From Candidatus Latescibacterota bacterium (GTDB lineage: Bacteria; Latescibacterota; UBA2968), in contig OZ240241.1 of assembly GCA_965198115.1 (NCBI GenBank), positions 7,904,001-7,968,000 of the forward strand: 64,000 nt of DNA. The letters run 5' to 3'. Made by a program: the position numbers and the translations under genes. The notes under the pieces are model-generated. The model was not told the DNA's origin, did not search any database, and worked only from the letters and a program-made list of their open reading frames with translations. Shown here piece by piece: positions 62,195 through 64,000 of this stretch (position 1 is its first letter; every line of letters starts with the position of its first letter).

Positions 62195-64000
62195 TCTGAT
62201 GCTGCTTTCGGACCATACGATCTACGCAATTGGATGGACATTGATGCACGCTGTCTGGCAAGGCCTGATCGTCGCCGTGTTGTTCTGGGGGGCACGGCAC
62301 TTCGCGAAGGCGTCCAGCGTCCGCTACCTGATCGCCTGCGGCGCCCTCGCCGCGATGGTCTCGATGCCGGCCGCGACTTTTGTCACGATGTTGCCATCGC
62401 CCGCGGATCCCATCGTCACCTGGACCGAACAGGCGGCCGCGAAGTTCCCAGGTACGGTGATCACCTGGGAGACGAGCGAGATCTATCGCCCCGACTCCCG
62501 TCCAATCTATCTCGATGCGTCCGATGGGTGGAGCGATCTATCTGCACAATTCCAACGTCACCTGCCGATGATCGTCTTTGGCTGGCAGATTGGCGTTCTA
62601 CTTCTCTCGCTCAGGCTCATCGGCGGCTCCTGGATCACTCATCGTTTGAAGTGGGCAGGAACGCAGACGCTACCGGACGAATGGCGGGCTCGGGTAAAAG
62701 GACTTGCACGGAGCCTGAACATCCATCACAGGGTGAAGGTCGTGACGTCCTCCGTGGCGACGATCCCCATGGTCGTCGGTGTGTTTCGACCGGTGATCCT
62801 CCTTCCAATCGCGACCTTCCTCGGTCTCTCCCAGCGCCAGCTGGAGGCCATCCTGATTCACGAACTCGCGCACGTTCGCCGCTACGACAACCTCGTCAAC
62901 CTGTTCCAGCGGTTCGCAGAGACGATCCTCTTTTTCCATCCGGTGATCTGGTGGATATCCGGCTGCATCCGGGAGGAACGAGAACGATGCTGTGACGACG
63001 TCGTGATCGGCCACAGCGACCGAAAGGTTTATGCCGAGGCGCTCGTGGCGCTCGAGAGCTTTAGGGGACCGATGCTGGCTGCGGCGGCGACGGACGGCTC
63101 GCTCCTGTCGCGCGTGAAGCGCCTGCTCGCCTCCGATGGAGGAGAGCGGCGCGGATGGGGCCTGCTGACGATGAACAATCTTGCGTGTGTACTGGCCATG
63201 GTCGTCATCGCCACCGTGGTTGTCGAATCGACCCAGGAGACCGACGCGGCCACTGAGACGTCGATGAATGTCGCGGCCGATGTGACGCCCACAAAACCGC
63301 ACGTGGGCACGACGCTCTGCTCTACGCTCAGTCCGCTGTTGGGCGCGATGGGTCAGCCCGAGTGGTCGATGGCACGGCTGCAAGGCGTGCTCGGACACGC
63401 CTTCACCTTCGAGATGAAGGAGGGCGGCGGCCCCGTGATGCACGACAACCTCGACTGGGGCGACCGGGCCCTCAAGACGATGTATGACATCGCGGACTTC
63501 CAGTCTTTCAACGCCACAAAGAAGATGAAGACCGTCGACCGGCCGCGATCGAGCGGGTGGCCCGCGACTCCGTTCGGGCATCCCTGGCCAGGGGTGTCCC
63601 CGCCCTCGTGTGGCAGCCCATGAGCGTTGAACAGAAGAAGAACGGCTACCACGCTTACTGCTGGGGCCTCGTCGTCGGATACAACGAAGATGGCGAGACC
63701 TACACGATCCGCCATCCGTTTATGCCCGACGACTACACCGTTCGCTACGACCTCATCGGACACACCGACGGCGCCGAGTGGTTCAACGTCAAGATCCTAA
63801 AGACGCTCAGCGACAAGGATGAGCGAACCGTGCACGTGGACGCGCTCCGGAACGCGCTGGCCTCCGCGAGTGGCGAGCGATACAAGCGAAAGAACAGCGC
63901 ACAGGGCTTGGCTGCCTACGAGTTGTGGGCGGGAGTCCTGACATCTGAAGATGTCCCACTCGAGCCGACCCGGTATCACTCGGAAATCCTGAGGGGTCGA
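62187..64000 (+). CDS. BlaR1-like M56 peptidase sensor; frameshift near 63543; runs off the right edge
   Basis: HELAHVRR.D, FFHP, ERERCCD; the shifted frame ARDSVRASLARGVPALVW...WGLVVGYN stays open to 64000. Confidence 0.85.

Noticed and set aside
1-64000. tRNA, rRNA, prophage or defence genes
   Set aside because: I recognised no such signatures by eye; a tRNAscan or Infernal run would be needed to exclude them fully.

Overview
About 60% GC bacterial chromosomal window. A Latescibacterota-like host is my inference from a DUF6785-type membrane protein, a peptidase with a dockerin-like DFDGxGxVxFxDFLxFA tail, an ECF sigma factor with a C-terminal extension and several PhyH-type dioxygenases. 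Core content: cysK, a form II coxSLMG molybdoenzyme cluster, an archaeal/eukaryotic-type pheST under a complete Phe T-box riboswitch, an orphan fliG behind a sigma-54 box, sugar-acid catabolic enzymes, transporters and a BlaI/BlaR1 pair. Five IS families are present (ISL3 x3, IS1380 remnant, IS256, IS630, IS1182). All five full-length elements sit inside genes, and their junctions can be read directly. Many other genes carry single-base frameshifts, which could be long-read error or real decay. Top candidate novelty: two small ORFs (5562-5744 +, 10352-10555 -) share a gapless N-terminal motif in exact register from Met1, and each lies behind a sigma-54-like box and a long structured leader. 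Coordinates were counted by hand and family calls come from motif recognition; no searches were run.
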